A DNA stretch of 64,000 nt from Amoebophrya sp. A120. Taxonomy: Eukaryota; Protista; Dinoflagellata. Shown here piece by piece: positions 36,248-48,878 of this stretch; position 1 is the stretch's first letter; the number at the start of each line of letters is the position of its first letter. Under the pieces are notes generated by a model, which was not told the origin of the DNA, ran no database searches, and saw nothing but the letters and a program-made list of their open reading frames with translations. The DNA lies in the NCBI GenBank assembly GCA_905178155.1, contig CAJINV010000004.1, positions 2,060,391 to 2,124,390 on the forward strand. The letters are read 5' to 3'. The position numbers and the translations under genes were made by a program.

Positions 36248-37579
36248 CTTCTTGTCCTCTGTGCGGATTTACCGTCGTCCGCTCCAGAGGTTCGTCGCTG
36301 CGACCACTACGGGAGAGTTGTAGACCAAAACGGCCTGCTGGTGGTTCCTCTCTCGTCCCAAATTCCTTCTCCGCTTTTATTTTCCTCTGGAAGATCTACT
36401 TCGTCGTTGCTTATGCTTCCGGAAGATCTTTCGGTCTCCCGCCCTACTAGCGAGGTGGACCCATCATGATCGCGCAGAACCGTCCTCGCGGCGCTCGGCT
36501 ACTTTACTACCCTCCGGCCCGGGCCAGGTGGATACTTGGGTAGGAGTATCCACGGCCGAAAACCTTGTTTCTCTCGATACTGGATACTTTATTGTTCCCT
36601 CAACTTTCTAAAGGGGAATAAATTCGAATTTTTTTAGGCATGCTATCATGCGTACAGAGTAGTGAACGCGCAAGGCCGCTGAAACGTGAAGAAAACACGA
36701 AGGGTCGTTGCGATGAGTGTTCTTGATCCTGTATTTTTATCTCCTGGAGATTATGTGCAAATAGGCGCTTCGAAGAACGGTGTCGACGAAACCAAAATGT
36801 AGAGCAATCACTATGTAGTTCTCTCCTGCTCTCTTGGTTCGCTTGCTCTCTGACTCGAGCTCGGCATGCTCTTTGGATATCAATCCACTCTTTTATTTCT
36901 CTCTTTGCTCGAGGCATTCGTCCGCATCTTTCCGATACGGTATCATGGCTTCTCGAACTTGTTTCACTCTCGTTTCTCTCAGCACGCGGTTTCGCATTTT
37001 GTACGAACAGAACTCGCATTGCTACGCATGCGGCGACGTGTTTTTCGATGAAGAGACTGCAGTGCATGTCTCTACTTTTCACGGGCTTGTTACCACCTGC
37101 ACTCTTTGCATTGCGTCGTGCGTCTTGCCTGCTTCGTATTTTTACTTGGCCTGATCCTACAAAGTAAACAGCATTTAGAATTTTTACAAGTCACATTTTT
37201 TCACCTCCTGTTCCTCTCAAACACAAGAGAAAGCAGCATCTTCCCTTTCACGACACAGGTGCATTTGACAAAAAGCATCGGCAGGTTGTGTGTCGACGCG
37301 TTTGATAAAACGCAGCGCGCTTCTTCTCCCAAATCGCGCCACTGTGGTGCTGGTGTCCGGCAAGACTGTGCTCGATTTGCGACTATATTCCGTATTGTTG
37401 AACAAAGTAACCCATACCCATTGTAGAAGACTTTTTGTTTCTGATTCACAAGACTTGTTTCTGATTTGTTTCTGTTCGTAAGGACTTGCGTTGGTTTTGT
37501 AAGACAAGCTGCAACCGGTTTCAAAGATTTTATTTCAAGACTGAGATTAGAGGAGGAAGCCTACTAAACTTCCATGAGC

Positions 37580-40500
37580 AACAAAGATCAGATCATGATC
37601 CGAGCCATCGCCCAACCCTCCTTCTGGTTTGCTCCTCCGACGCACCACGCAGGAGCCCCGCGCACCGAGCTGCGATTTGTCGTCCACGACGTCCCCAGGA
37701 AGACCGCGGTAGTATCAGCTGATCATGACCCATTCTTTCCTCTGTGGATCGTACTTCAGCTGTTTTCCGTCGTTATTTGGGAGGTGCGACTCCTCCGGTA
37801 TCGTGAGTAAAAACGTACCCACACCAGAGTTGTAATGCAGATTTGCAAAGACAGGAAGACTGGTAATGCGCATCCCCATGAGAGCCATTTCCAGTCGTGT
37901 TTTGGAATTTGTGATGCTGTGAACAGGATGAGCAGATGAATCTGTGACGCGGCTGCACTTGCTAACCTGCACTACACTGCAGAGCGCAACTTGTCATGCG
38001 TGACTCACAAAACTCCTAGGTTTGTGTTGCAAAATCCCCATCTCGACTCTGGTGTGGGGACATTTTTACTCAGGATATCCGGGTACAGTTGACTCACCGT
38101 TTTGTGCACGCTCCGCATTAACGAGGTCAGGGTGGACGTGAGCGGGCGGTCTGTCGTGTCGTGATATCGTAAAATATTAAATGCAGGAACAACGGTACAA
38201 AGCTGATCCAGTTCAGCAACGCGAAAATCAACATGCGCCAACATCATGCAGGACGCGCTATGAACTACGATGCACGAGTCTCTTTACGCATTATGCATTA
38301 CAAAATCCACTCAACTGTACATTCTCCTTTCGGTCCCGCGAGCGGGCGGTCGTCATCTTCCCCGACACCGGACAGATCTTCTTCAATCTGAAAGTTCGCC
38401 TCCTCCTCGTCGGATGAACTTTCGGCGAGCTCCTCTGACAGCGCGCCCTGGTGGAAATTTCATTCAATTTTTTGCTATTATAACATCGCCTTTAGTATTT
38501 TGTTCTTTGTTTTTTCCAGCAACAAACCTGTTGATTTTGATGTGACCCGGCTACTTTTGGTGAGCCAGCTAAAAATCCTATCTTCCATTATATCAACAGA
38601 AGATAGAAGTAAGATGCATCGGAGAAAAAAATACGTCCAGATTGTGCGACAGGAGTCGGACGATTTCGTGGTAGCCGAGCCGAGAGTATCAACTGCAAAT
38701 ATGTCTGGGTCTGGAAGGGTCATGCTGCTTTTGCATGACGCAGAAGGTCTGGCATAGAAGCTCTAGCATCACAGGTTTCGAGAAGCTTCCGCAATGCCGA
38801 ATTCGCATGGAAAATGCCCCATTTTGGTGACAGAAAGTGCGCAGCTTTTGCTGCCTGTGCATGAGAGATTTTTCTGCGTTGTGAAGTTCGCATCACAAGT
38901 TTGCATTCTTCCAGACCCAGACATATTTGCATTTGATAGAGAGGCAACCTGCATGGGCGTGAGCCCGTCTTCGTTGACCAGGTGCGCGAGTATCAGAATG
39001 AAAAATCCCCCCTCCCCGTATCAAAACGAAGTTTCTGATGCTGGATTTGCGTACACAAATTAGATTTGTCTTGCTGGCGAGGACTGCAGGCCCATACTAA
39101 GCCTGAGTAGGCAGGCTTTGGCCTAGGCGCTTAGCATGACAGACGTCTACGCTGTCGGTGCAACAGCATGACAAACCCCCTGTAGAATGCGGCCGAGCCT
39201 GTGGAGCTGCCTTCATGCAACACAGAGACGATTTGTGGTCACAAATCAGCAACACAAATTCTCAGAAAAATGCCTTGTCAATATGGGGAGGGAAGATTTT
39301 TCCTTTTGATAGCGAGGGAGGTGTCGCAGCTGAAATAAATCAAACACGCCACTGCGTCCACCTGTCCCAGCCCGCAGGCCTCGTGGAGCACGCTGGGCAG
39401 CGCGCCCGCGGGTTTCACCGCGTTCCAATCGGCGCCCGCGTCAAGCAGCGACTGCACGCAGGGAGAGTAGCCGTAGCGGCAGGCGTAGTGCAGCGGCGTG
39501 GCCCCCTCGCCGTCGCGGACATTGACGTTCGCATGGGAAAACACCAGCAATTCCACGGCTTGGTTGTAGCCTCCCGCCACCGCGAAGTGCAGGGCCGCGC
39601 GCTGGTAGGTGAGGTCCACCAAATCCAGCGCATCGCGGCAGAAGTGGCAGTAGAGCTGCAGATACGCAATATTTCCCTCCAAGGCCGCGTTGAACACCGT
39701 TGCGGTCTGCCGGGGATCCTGCCACAGACTCAGACCGAGCTTTTCGTTGCGCCAAAAGGACTGCGGATCTTGGCTGGTTGATGTTGATGTATTACCCGGA
39801 GTTGTAGAACTGCTGGAGGCAGCCACTGTTTGCGCTTGGTGCTGCAAAATTTCGCCCGTCGGGGAGACAAGTTCCCAGCGGCCGAGCACGTCTTCGAGCG
39901 GTATTACACAGAACAAAAAAGCTTTTATGTAAAACGCAAGACTGATTAATACACAAAAAAATCACTCTGGCATGCTTTAGCCAGCACTTGAGTAGAGATC
40001 TTCTTTTTGTGAATTCATTCTATGCCTTATAATTACCCGCTAGTTTGTTTCTGTGTGATAAGTTCGTCCGGCTGCTCCCACACCGACTCCCCGCGCTCCG
40101 GGTGGTGAAAGAACATGGCCCCCTGGTTGTCGTGTGTGACCGTCCATCCTTTCCACTCCGGCTGGCTAGGGTAGCTTTGGTGGACAGTGTGGCCGCCACC
40201 GTGCTGTTGCTGGTCCGGGACGTCGGCAAGCAGGGGCTGATCTGCCGAATTCGTGCCCCCTCCGCTCTGCCTTCGGTTCTTTTGCACCACGGCGGCGAAG
40301 TAATCCTGTCCCTGCGCCGCCCAGTTCGCGCTTGGGTGCGCGGGGAGGGCAGAGTCGGAATTGTCGGCAGCAGGGCCGCCGGATTGGTGCGTGTTGACGT
40401 TACTTCCTCTAGTATACGTTGCGTTTTCGTACGCCGCGCCAGAACCTGGTCGTGCCGAACCGGCGGCTGAGCTGGAACTACTGCCCCCGTGCTGCTGCAG

Positions 40501-43500
40501 CTGCTGTGGGGGCATGTTGTAGCTCATATTACCTCCTCCAGGGTGCTTTTGATTTTCGTGCTGCTGGTGGCTAGTTTGTTGGTAGCCAGAGTTCACTGTG
40601 CTGTCGTGCTGCTGCCCGTGCTGCCCGTGCTGCTGGTAGCTGCCCGGAGGCTGTTGCATCGTCGCTCCGGCACCTCCAGCCGCCGGTTGACCACCACCAA
40701 AAGTGGTCGTGCTTTGGTTTTGATGCCCAAGTAGAACCCCCGATGTGCTGCCCCCGCCCGGAGGTGCTCCTGCCTCCTGTGGCGCGGTACCATTAGGTGC
40801 GGGCGTTATACCAGACGGGCCACTACCACCAAACCCCGAGTACATGTAACTAGACCCTCCTTGCGCCGGCGGGGATAGTACGCCTACACCGAGGTGCTGC
40901 TGCTCCTGCGGACCGGTGCGACGAGGGTTGGGCGGCAAGCCCACGTTCGCGGGCACGCCTGCGTGTTGGTGCAGTGCTGCAGAAGGCCCGGTGGAGGACG
41001 ACGACGGAGTGGAGCCTGCAGATTCTCGTCCTGCCGCAGCAGGCCGTTTGTTCCCCTCTTTGTCGTCGAAGAAACGCCGCGGGCCTCCTTCCACCACAGC
41101 GTTGCCAACCTTCGGTGTGAAAACTCCGTTTGAAGAGGACGTTGTGGCTGCAGCTACACCGCCTCCCCCGGGCGGTCGGGGCGGCGGCGTGAAGTCATTC
41201 ATGCTCTTTGCACTACTAGAAGTAGTTCCAGCAGCACTTGCAGTTGTCACTGGTCCCTCCACCAGCCGCACCGGCTTCTCCGGACTTACCCGCCCGGCCG
41301 GGTCGACCACCACCGCACTGTCGAAGGCAGCAATGGGGCTCTGGCCGTCCAGCACACTGCTTTTCTTCGCGTGCAGCTTGTCGACGCTCGGGGGACTTGC
41401 GCGGCTGTCTCGGTGCGAAGAACCCGTGAGCATGGAAGAAGTGTCCTGGTGGTCCTTTGTATCAACTGTAAAAAACGTCCCCACGACTACTTGAGGGTCA
41501 AGATGGGATTTTTTTTTTGCGTACACAAATCACACAGCTTTGGGGGCTGTCGCGCATGAGAAGTCTGGGCTCGTCGTAGTTGTGCCATCCGATGTTCAGC
41601 CATGATAGTGCAGCCCAATTAATATGCGAAGTCGGTTCATCCTGATTCGACCCTGACAAAAAACTCCCAGGTAGCAGTTCGAAACTGCCCGTCATGTGGT
41701 ACAACTAGCGCATGACAAACATTTTCAGCATTGCAGAATTACACGACGCATGTGGGGACCACGTCGCTTTTTTACCAGGAAATACTGCGGCGAGTGGAGT
41801 GTGCTGGTGTCGGGAGAGGAGTTATCAAAATGAAAATAAATCCCCCCTCCCCATATCAAAATGGAAATTTCTGATGCTGATTTCTGTACACAAGTCCGAC
41901 TTTTCTTGCAGTACGGCACTCCTGCCAGATCCGCAGCCTGGGTGGGAGCGCTCAGGTCTAGTTGTTCAGCATTGCAAACGGCTGCCCTCTAGGACCAACA
42001 GCATGCCAAATCGCTTCACAATTGGGCGGATGCCTCTGCACTTGCCTTCTTGCATGACAAACCTGATTTGTGGCCACAAATCAGCAACACAAATTTTCGG
42101 AAACTTAGCTAAGAAATATGGGGAGGGGGGATTTTTCCTCTCAATAGGAGTCTTGACCGAACCGGGGCACGCGGCTGGTCTGCTGCACACTTTCCAGCGT
42201 ACCGAACGCCTCCTGCGGATTGAAGGAGCCGCGCCGCGGTTTGTCCCCTGGGCCTCCGCTGGCGAAGGAGTCCGGCGAACTGCAGGACGGGGAGCTCGGA
42301 ACGACATCAGTGCCCCGCCCACGATTTGCGGCTCCGATTCCATAATTCGACGAGGTGTTGTCGTCAACATTTGATGTTTTCCCGTGTCGTTTCTGGACAT
42401 CACGACTCGGAGGTTCTTGCTGCTTCACGCGGTTCATCTGGATGGGCCCTGTTGAAACAACTGCATGATCCGGGTTTGATACATTTGGTGTAGTGCCATT
42501 TTTGTTGTACTTGTTTTGCAGGTCCGCCAATTCCGTATCCAGCTCCTCGTCGAACACGTCGCTTAAGCCGTCCTCCGTGTCTTCGTCCTCGTCGCGCTTG
42601 AATTCCGCTAATAATTTCCCCGCGTGCGCCAGACGCGCCAGTTCCTCCTCGCGAAACTTTTGGAAGTCGCGCATCGGTATCAACTGGAAATAGGTCTGGG
42701 TCTGGGGAAAACTTGTAATGCTATTGCTAGCTTAGGAGTAATATTAAGCGCCCTGCAATTGTGCACTGCCAAGCTGCATGCTGACACGTTTTTGTGTGAG
42801 GAATATGCCTTTATTGGCAGCGTGCACGACGAACTTCGTTTTTGCATCACGGGTGAGGGGGCCTGCATTTCGTCGTGGCGAGGCACTACAGAGCTGAGAG
42901 TCATGCCGAAGAAATCCTGTACAAATCTTGCAATCTTCCAGACCCAGCAGACACAATATTTACGAATTGGTAATCGCGGCGGTTGTCGGTGTGGTGGGCG
43001 AGGCGGCGCCCGAGAGCACGCGGCCACGGTGCAGCACGCGCGGAGTGCTGTGGACGCTGGAAGCGTTGGAACGCGGCGTCACCATGACATCCTGCTGTGC
43101 AGCAGTTTCTTCCTTGGCAGAAGATTTTTTACTTTCTGCTTTTTTACTATTCATACCATTTCCAGCGGTTGCAGGACCGGCCGGGCCACTCTCCTTGGAA
43201 GAGCTCTTCTGGTCGAACAACTGGCGAATTTTCGAGACGCGCGTGCGCTGCTCGGAAGTATAATTGCTCGGCACGATCGGATATTAAATGCAAATATGTC
43301 TGGGTCTGGAAATTTGTGATGCTGAATGGCGACGAGTGACTGCACCTGTAAGAGCAGTGTAGCATGACAAATGTTTCAGACACTTTCTCATCCTTAGTGC
43401 GCATTACAAACTGCGCTTTTTCATGACGAAATTGCGGCACATTTGTTGCTCTTATGCAATACAGATTTTTCTGGAATCCTGGACACGCAATACAAGTTGC

Positions 43501-45320
43501 ACTTTTCCAGACCCAGACATATTTGCAATTCATATCGGATCCGCCAACTGACCCTCGTCCTCGTCATCCGAGGCCATTTGAAAGTGCTCGATCACCGGTT
43601 CGACGGTCGTGTGTTTATTTTCCACGCTATCGTTCGTCGTGCCCGTGACCGGTGGCACAAAAAATGTGCTGCTCCCACTGCTCGCTGGGAGGTCTGGCGG
43701 CTTGAGCTTTTGCGCCATCGTTGCCGGCGCAGCAGCTCCGGAGTTGTTGATAATATCGTAGTTCAAAAATATTTGCTCGCCCCCTTCCTTGATTTCTGCG
43801 AGTTTTCGCAGCCGGTCGCGTTCCTGCTGCGCCCGCTGGAACATGGACAATGGGGGCTCCGCGGAGGTGGAGGCTCCGCTCTTCAGCACGTTGTGGCGGC
43901 TACCGGAAAGGGAGCGGTTTAGGTAGCTCCCGGACGTGTTGGAGAAGCTCATGGAGGAGGACAGTGGGGAGCTGCTTTCCGTGATCGGTTCGCCGTTTCG
44001 GTTTCGTCTGCGCTTGTGCTTTCGCTTCGCGGAGGGGCTGGGCGTGGGCGGCGGCAGCGCCAGAGTGCTTGCGCTCGCCGCATTCGCTTTGTGGTTGGGC
44101 GTCGGGGGAGGGAGGATCATAGCAGAAGTAGTGGTTGCACCAGAAGAACTTTGAGGTTGCACCAGCCCGGGTGCCGCCACGGGAGTTGCGTAGTTCCCAC
44201 GGCTGCTCGAGCTCGTCGTTGCGCCAGCCGCGCTCCCCGTATGTTTCCCTCCTCCAATCGGCGGCGACATCCGGACCAGGTTCTCGAGCGTGACACTTAT
44301 TTTGCCATTATCCGCCAACGACGCAGACTTGGGGCTTGGTGGCGAAGCGGTGGAGCGATAGGGTTGTACTACTACACCAGAAGATTGCTGTTCGTGCGGA
44401 GCAGGAGGTCGGGAGTCAGAATTGATTTTCACTTCATGACTATCCTTCCCGACGTCCGAAAAGCCCCGCTGCAACTCCGGCGGCGGCTTGCGCCCCCCGC
44501 CCGGCGACCCCGGAGGGGACGATGGCGACCCCCGCGGCTTCGTGCTGTTCTGCTCCGGGCTCGACTTCGGATCGAGAAACCTCGCTCCGTCGCTTTCGGG
44601 GGACAGCATCTGCTGGTCGGACGGTGAGGATCGTGCAGGAGCTGCAGCCTTTGTTCCAGAAATCTTCGCAACCATTTCATCCGCGACAGCACCACCAGGC
44701 GTTTCCTTGTTGCGCGTCGGGGAAAATAAATCACCGTACACGCTCCGGGCCACGGCGGCGGTAGTCGTCGTAGCGACTGGAGGAGCTGGTGTTTTGTTGT
44801 TCACAGCAGCTGTTATAGCGGAACCTGTCGCGGCCGTGCTGCTGCTGGGCGTTCTGGTTTTTCCAACTCCAACAGGGTCGTTGCCGTCCGCGACCAGTAC
44901 CACCTTTTCATCCGGTGCGCCGGCTTTCACCGTCGCCGCCTTCGCCGTGCTCTCGGCCTGCACGAAAATGTCCTTGAAATCCGGTCTATGCAGTTCTCAG
45001 GCGTTCTTACGCTCTCATTTGTATATCGTACACGGTTCTTTATCATTGTCGTACAGAACCACTATGTATAATCACGCTGGTGCACACGCTCAAGCTTTTC
45101 TACATGGCAAGTTCCCGGCACGCTAAAAAAACAGCATTATCCGCACCGAGTCTGTAATGCAAGACGCTCAAAGTCACCCGTTTAGCTGTTGCTAGTCAGT
45201 CTTGCATCACAAATTTTTCACCCAACAGCAGTTGAGAGTGCAATGCTTGAGAACGCCATATGCCCCGAAGCTCGCGTCGAGCACGTCGTGCTCCGATCCG
45301 GGCGGTGAGCTCGTCGACAT
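37580..45320 (-). CDS. Large low-complexity protein with WW domain and ankyrin repeats; 9 TIR-element introns plus canonical introns
   Basis: WW GWTVTHDNQGAMFFHHPERGESVWEQP; ankyrins AALHFAV, GATPLHYAC, GLTPMQVASRLGYHEIVRLL (assembled across two elements); 3' end approximate. Confidence 0.78.
37799..38077. mobile_element. Family B intronic TIR element (reverse complement of 25812)
   Basis: TSD TCCGG; junction LYPE-ESHL. Confidence 0.93.
38687..38938. mobile_element. Family A intronic TIR element
   Basis: TSD GAGAG; junction VAS-RLGY. Confidence 0.93.
38991..39311. mobile_element. Family C intronic TIR element
   Basis: TIR TATCA...AAAAATCCCCCCTCCCC; TSD GCGAG; junction SLA-HLVN. Confidence 0.9.
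39902..40060. mobile_element. Short decayed intronic element (family I)
   Basis: TATTACACAGAACAAA...TTTGTTTCTGTGTGATA; TSD 2/5; junction PDEL-EDVLG. Confidence 0.7.
41460..41784. mobile_element. Decayed family B-like intronic element
   Basis: Left end TATCAACTGTAAAAAACGTCCCCAC; TSD CTTTG/CTGCG; junction SPQ-DHQD. Confidence 0.65.
41823..42146. mobile_element. Family C intronic TIR element
   Basis: TSD GGAGT; junction QDS-SPDT. Confidence 0.9.
42678..42972. mobile_element. Decayed family A intronic element
   Basis: TSD ATCGG/ATCGC; junction TAAM-RDFQ. Confidence 0.82.
43282..43534. mobile_element. Family A intronic TIR element
   Basis: TSD TCGGA; junction ADPI-VPSN. Confidence 0.92.
44987..45260. 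mobile_element. Heavily decayed family E intronic element
   Basis: Ends TATGCAGTTCTCAGGCGTT / AATGCTTGAGAACGCCATA; TSD 2/5; junction SFGA-DFKD. Confidence 0.6.
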
Positions 45321-46316
45321 AGCGAGGCGTCAAAACGTCAGAGGCCGAAGAGAACTGGCAGGTTGTGCTGCGGCACGAAAAACGACCGTGAACGTGGAAG
45401 ATGAAAATGTTTCGTTAAAGTACGCTAAAGATAAAAATAAATGCGATCCTCATACTAATTTGCACAGGAAGACGACCATACGCTCCTCGGACAGCGTTGG
45501 CATTGTAGAAATACTTAGACTCCATCTCTCAGAAGCAGAAAAAATTTTCTACATCAGGCACAATACGATCCACTCAACATCATTACCGCTCCAGAATAGT
45601 TGCCATGGTGCTTTTCGTTCTCCAGTGTAGAGGTCGCGCGCAGGAGGAACGCAGTTTCGCTCGCGGTCCGTCCCTTGACCCTGTCTTCTAGGAGAGCGAG
45701 AGCTCAACAACTTGAATACAATTCCTTCATAGTTTTTCTCTGTGTTGCTGCAGCCGCTCCTTTGTCGTCCAAAAATGGAAAAATCTACAGCACCTTCGTA
45801 GTAGCAATTTACCCGTGGAAAAGATTTTATTCCACAAGTTCAAATCTTCAATACATAGTACATTTCCTGTGTCCAAGCCAACGTGTGTACAGAAAATAGG
45901 TTTAGCCTGGCAATCGACTGCCAGCAGCGATAGCCTCCCGCCGTTGCGAGCGTAGTCGAAGTACTGTTCTTGGTGATAAAACTTGGCAACATTATAAGCA
46001 ATTTCGGTAATCATATTTTTCATCGCGTTGTAAAAACATTGTGATAACAGTTGGTTATTTTGTTTGTGTCAAAGTGTGGCACTGTCAAGCTTTGCGCCAG
46101 CCATGGTGACAGCAGCCCTTCAATAAATTACAACCGCAGTAGCTGCTCTGGCACGACCCAAGAATTGGTGCGGAACAAGCGTGGTAGAACTCCTTCGGAA
46201 TAAAAGCGGCCTGCTTCTTGCTTCGTCGTTGAGAGTCACAGTGTTTGTATGTACATGCAGTAGCCCGACACAGTACCAGCATTCGTGTCTCCTCACAGCC
46301 ACTGGCTGCCGCGTAC

Positions 46317-48715
46317 CGTATCCGCCATTTTCTTCTGCGCAAACGAGACTTGGTCCAGCAACTCCTGTTTATGGATTGCAAAAGTGTCTGGGTCTGGAAG
46401 AATGCAAGATTTGTCATGCATATTTCTCATGGCCCATGATGCCTGTGATGCTTGACCTAGCATCGCAGACTTTTAGAGGTCTTCCTGATGCACCTTTTGC
46501 ATGAGAAATGCCCTGTCCGTGTAGCACAAACTGTGCGTGTGCCCCTCTTGCTGGTCACGCAATACAAATTTTCTTAGAGTCCAAAAACAGCATGACAAGT
46601 TGCAATCGTCCAGACATCCAGGGATATTTGCATTTGATACTGTTTCTGCCGCAACAAGTCCTTTTTCATCTTTTCGATCTCCAACCGCCGGTCTAGGTTG
46701 CGTGTCAAATGTAAAAATGTCGGGGTCTCGAAGAGTAATGCTGTTTTTGCATGACACAGAAGGTCCGGCATGGAAGCTCTAGCATCACAGGTTTCGAGAC
46801 GCTTCCGCGATGCCGAATGTCGTGCATGACAGATGTCGCCCCATTTTGGTGACAGAAAGCGGGCAGCTTTTGCTACCTATGCATGAGAGATTTTTCTGTG
46901 TTCTGAAATGCGCATCACAAGTTTGTCTTCTTCCTGACCCAGACATATTTGCAATCCATATTGCGTGACTCCTCCTGCTCCGTTTTCTCGCGCGCGAGCT
47001 GATCGATTCGATGTCGTGGGTAGGAAGAAAAAAGATAGAAAAAATTGAAGACCTTTTTTACAAATAATCACTTTGCTGCATAAATAAATTCTGCGGATTT
47101 AAAACATCAAACATTTCGATGTCTGTGTACAACTCCTCGCACTGATCGAATAGAAAAACACGAAATTTTCAAACCTACCTTCTCTTTCTTCAATTGCCGA
47201 TCTAGTGCCACCCGTTCCGCGTTGACCCGCGCGCGCTCCTTTATGACCCGCTCAGACGTTACAATATCTCAACTGTTACAATAGAGTCTGGATTTTGTGA
47301 TGGAAGAAGTGCATGATCTAGCCAAATCGCACAGGATTGCGCATGACAAGTTCTGGAGTGCCAACCCGCACTAGAATCTCGCGAAACCTGTAATGCGAAA
47401 AGCGCAATACTGGGTACGCTCCTCATGCTCTTCATGCAAGGCAAATTCCAAACTCTACTGTGACGTTTGAGATTGTAACACCTGAACAGGTTATATCCTC
47501 CGCGTCCAGTTTTTCGCGCTCCTTGAGCTCCTGCCGGTAGTTCGCGTGGTCCCGGTTGTACAGATAGCTATCTTCTATCGCCTTCTTGTCGGCCTCCCGC
47601 TCCTGCCGGCGACGCTCCTTCTTGAACGCCTGATAATCCCGGGATTCCAGCAGGTCCCGTTTCCTCGCGTCCTCCCGCTTCTGGTCCATCAGTTGCTTCA
47701 ACGCGCGCTCTATCCACAGAAGGCAAATCGGTGTCTGGACTGTTCTGGAACATAATTTTTGCAACACGTGAAGTGCTCATCGTAATCTCCTGCGTCATCA
47801 TCCCATATATAACCTCTGTTAGTTGCAAGCTCAGGAATTTTTCATTGAAGCGCTCCTTTTTCCTCGTCATGCAAAAGCGCGACTTCTCACAAAAAATGAC
47901 TTATCATGCACGACTCCCGATGTATAGTGCAGCAGTCGACTACACGACTTTGTCCCTGATGTACTACTTATCACCATGATCAAAAATTTACTATAAATTC
48001 CATTTCCAGTCCCAGATCCATACTATTTGCGGTGCATACGTTCGTTTTCGGAACGCCACTGCCGCAGTTCCTCCAGCTCTTCTTGCTTGTGCTGTATGGC
48101 TTGCTCAGATGTTACAATCTCAAACGTAGTTCCAATAGAATCTGGATTTTGTCTTGCATGAACAGCATGAGTACCATACAGAGCCTTGGGCTTTTCGCAA
48201 TACAAATTTCGTCAGATTCTCATGGGGTTTGGTGCTCCGAAACTTGTCATGCGCGCTCCTGTGGGAGTAGGCCAGATGTTGCGCATTTTGCAAGACAAAT
48301 TGCAGACTCTATGGCAACGTTTGAGATTGTAACACCTAAGTGGGTTATATGCTGCTGGACCGTTTTTTTCTCCTGTCGCTTCAAGTCCCACCGGGCCTGA
48401 GAGGGAAATCAAATGGATGTTGTGTTTCCTTTTTGGGATTGTCCTTGTCACATTCTCCTTGTCTGAAGCGGATCTCGCATCAGCAGTACTTAATACCGCC
48501 GTCGAGGGAAATGAGTCGATGCATATTTAATGTTGGAGGTACTCGAAGTTACATTAGTTTTAGTCCCACATCTCGCAATAAATCATGTGTTAGCCTACAG
48601 ACAGCACCTTGGATTCCTGGCTCTTCAGCTCTCGCACCTCGCGCCGCATTTGCTCCAATTCGATTTCATAGTCAGGTAAACCGCCGAGCGCGATGCGCCG
48701 CGCCTCCGTCGACAT
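46317..48715 (-). CDS. Charged coiled-coil protein (E/R/K-rich); 3' end unresolved below 46317
   Basis: MSTEARRIALGGLPDYEIELEQMRRE start; exons join in frame across 5 TIR elements and GT-AG introns. Confidence 0.7.
46370..46639. mobile_element. Family A intronic TIR element
   Basis: TSD CTGTT; junction RQKQ-ELLD. Confidence 0.88.
46703..46960. mobile_element. Family A intronic TIR element
   Basis: TSD TTGCG; junction EESRN-LDRR. Confidence 0.88.
47242..47495. mobile_element. Family E intronic TIR element
   Basis: TIR TATRRCYYGCTCAGRYGTTACAATCTCAA; TSD TCCTT/TCCTC; junction DAEE-RARV. Confidence 0.88.
47711..48038. mobile_element. Decayed family A intronic element
   Basis: TSD CGCTC/CGTTC; junction ENER-ALKQ. 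Confidence 0.75.
48095..48349. mobile_element. Family E intronic TIR element (reverse complement of 47242)
   Basis: TSD TGCTG; junction TVQH-KQEE. Confidence 0.9.
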
Positions 48716-48878
48716 CGTGCTGAAGTCTGACTTCGTCGCGCTGATTTTTTTCGGCAAAGTATGTACAGTTCACTGCGTATCCTACTAGCTTCTATTCCTC
48801 ATGCAACAGCATTCCTGTTCACCGAAAAGGAGTAGAACGGTGTTCCGCACAGGAAAAAAAAACGAAAAAGGAAAATTA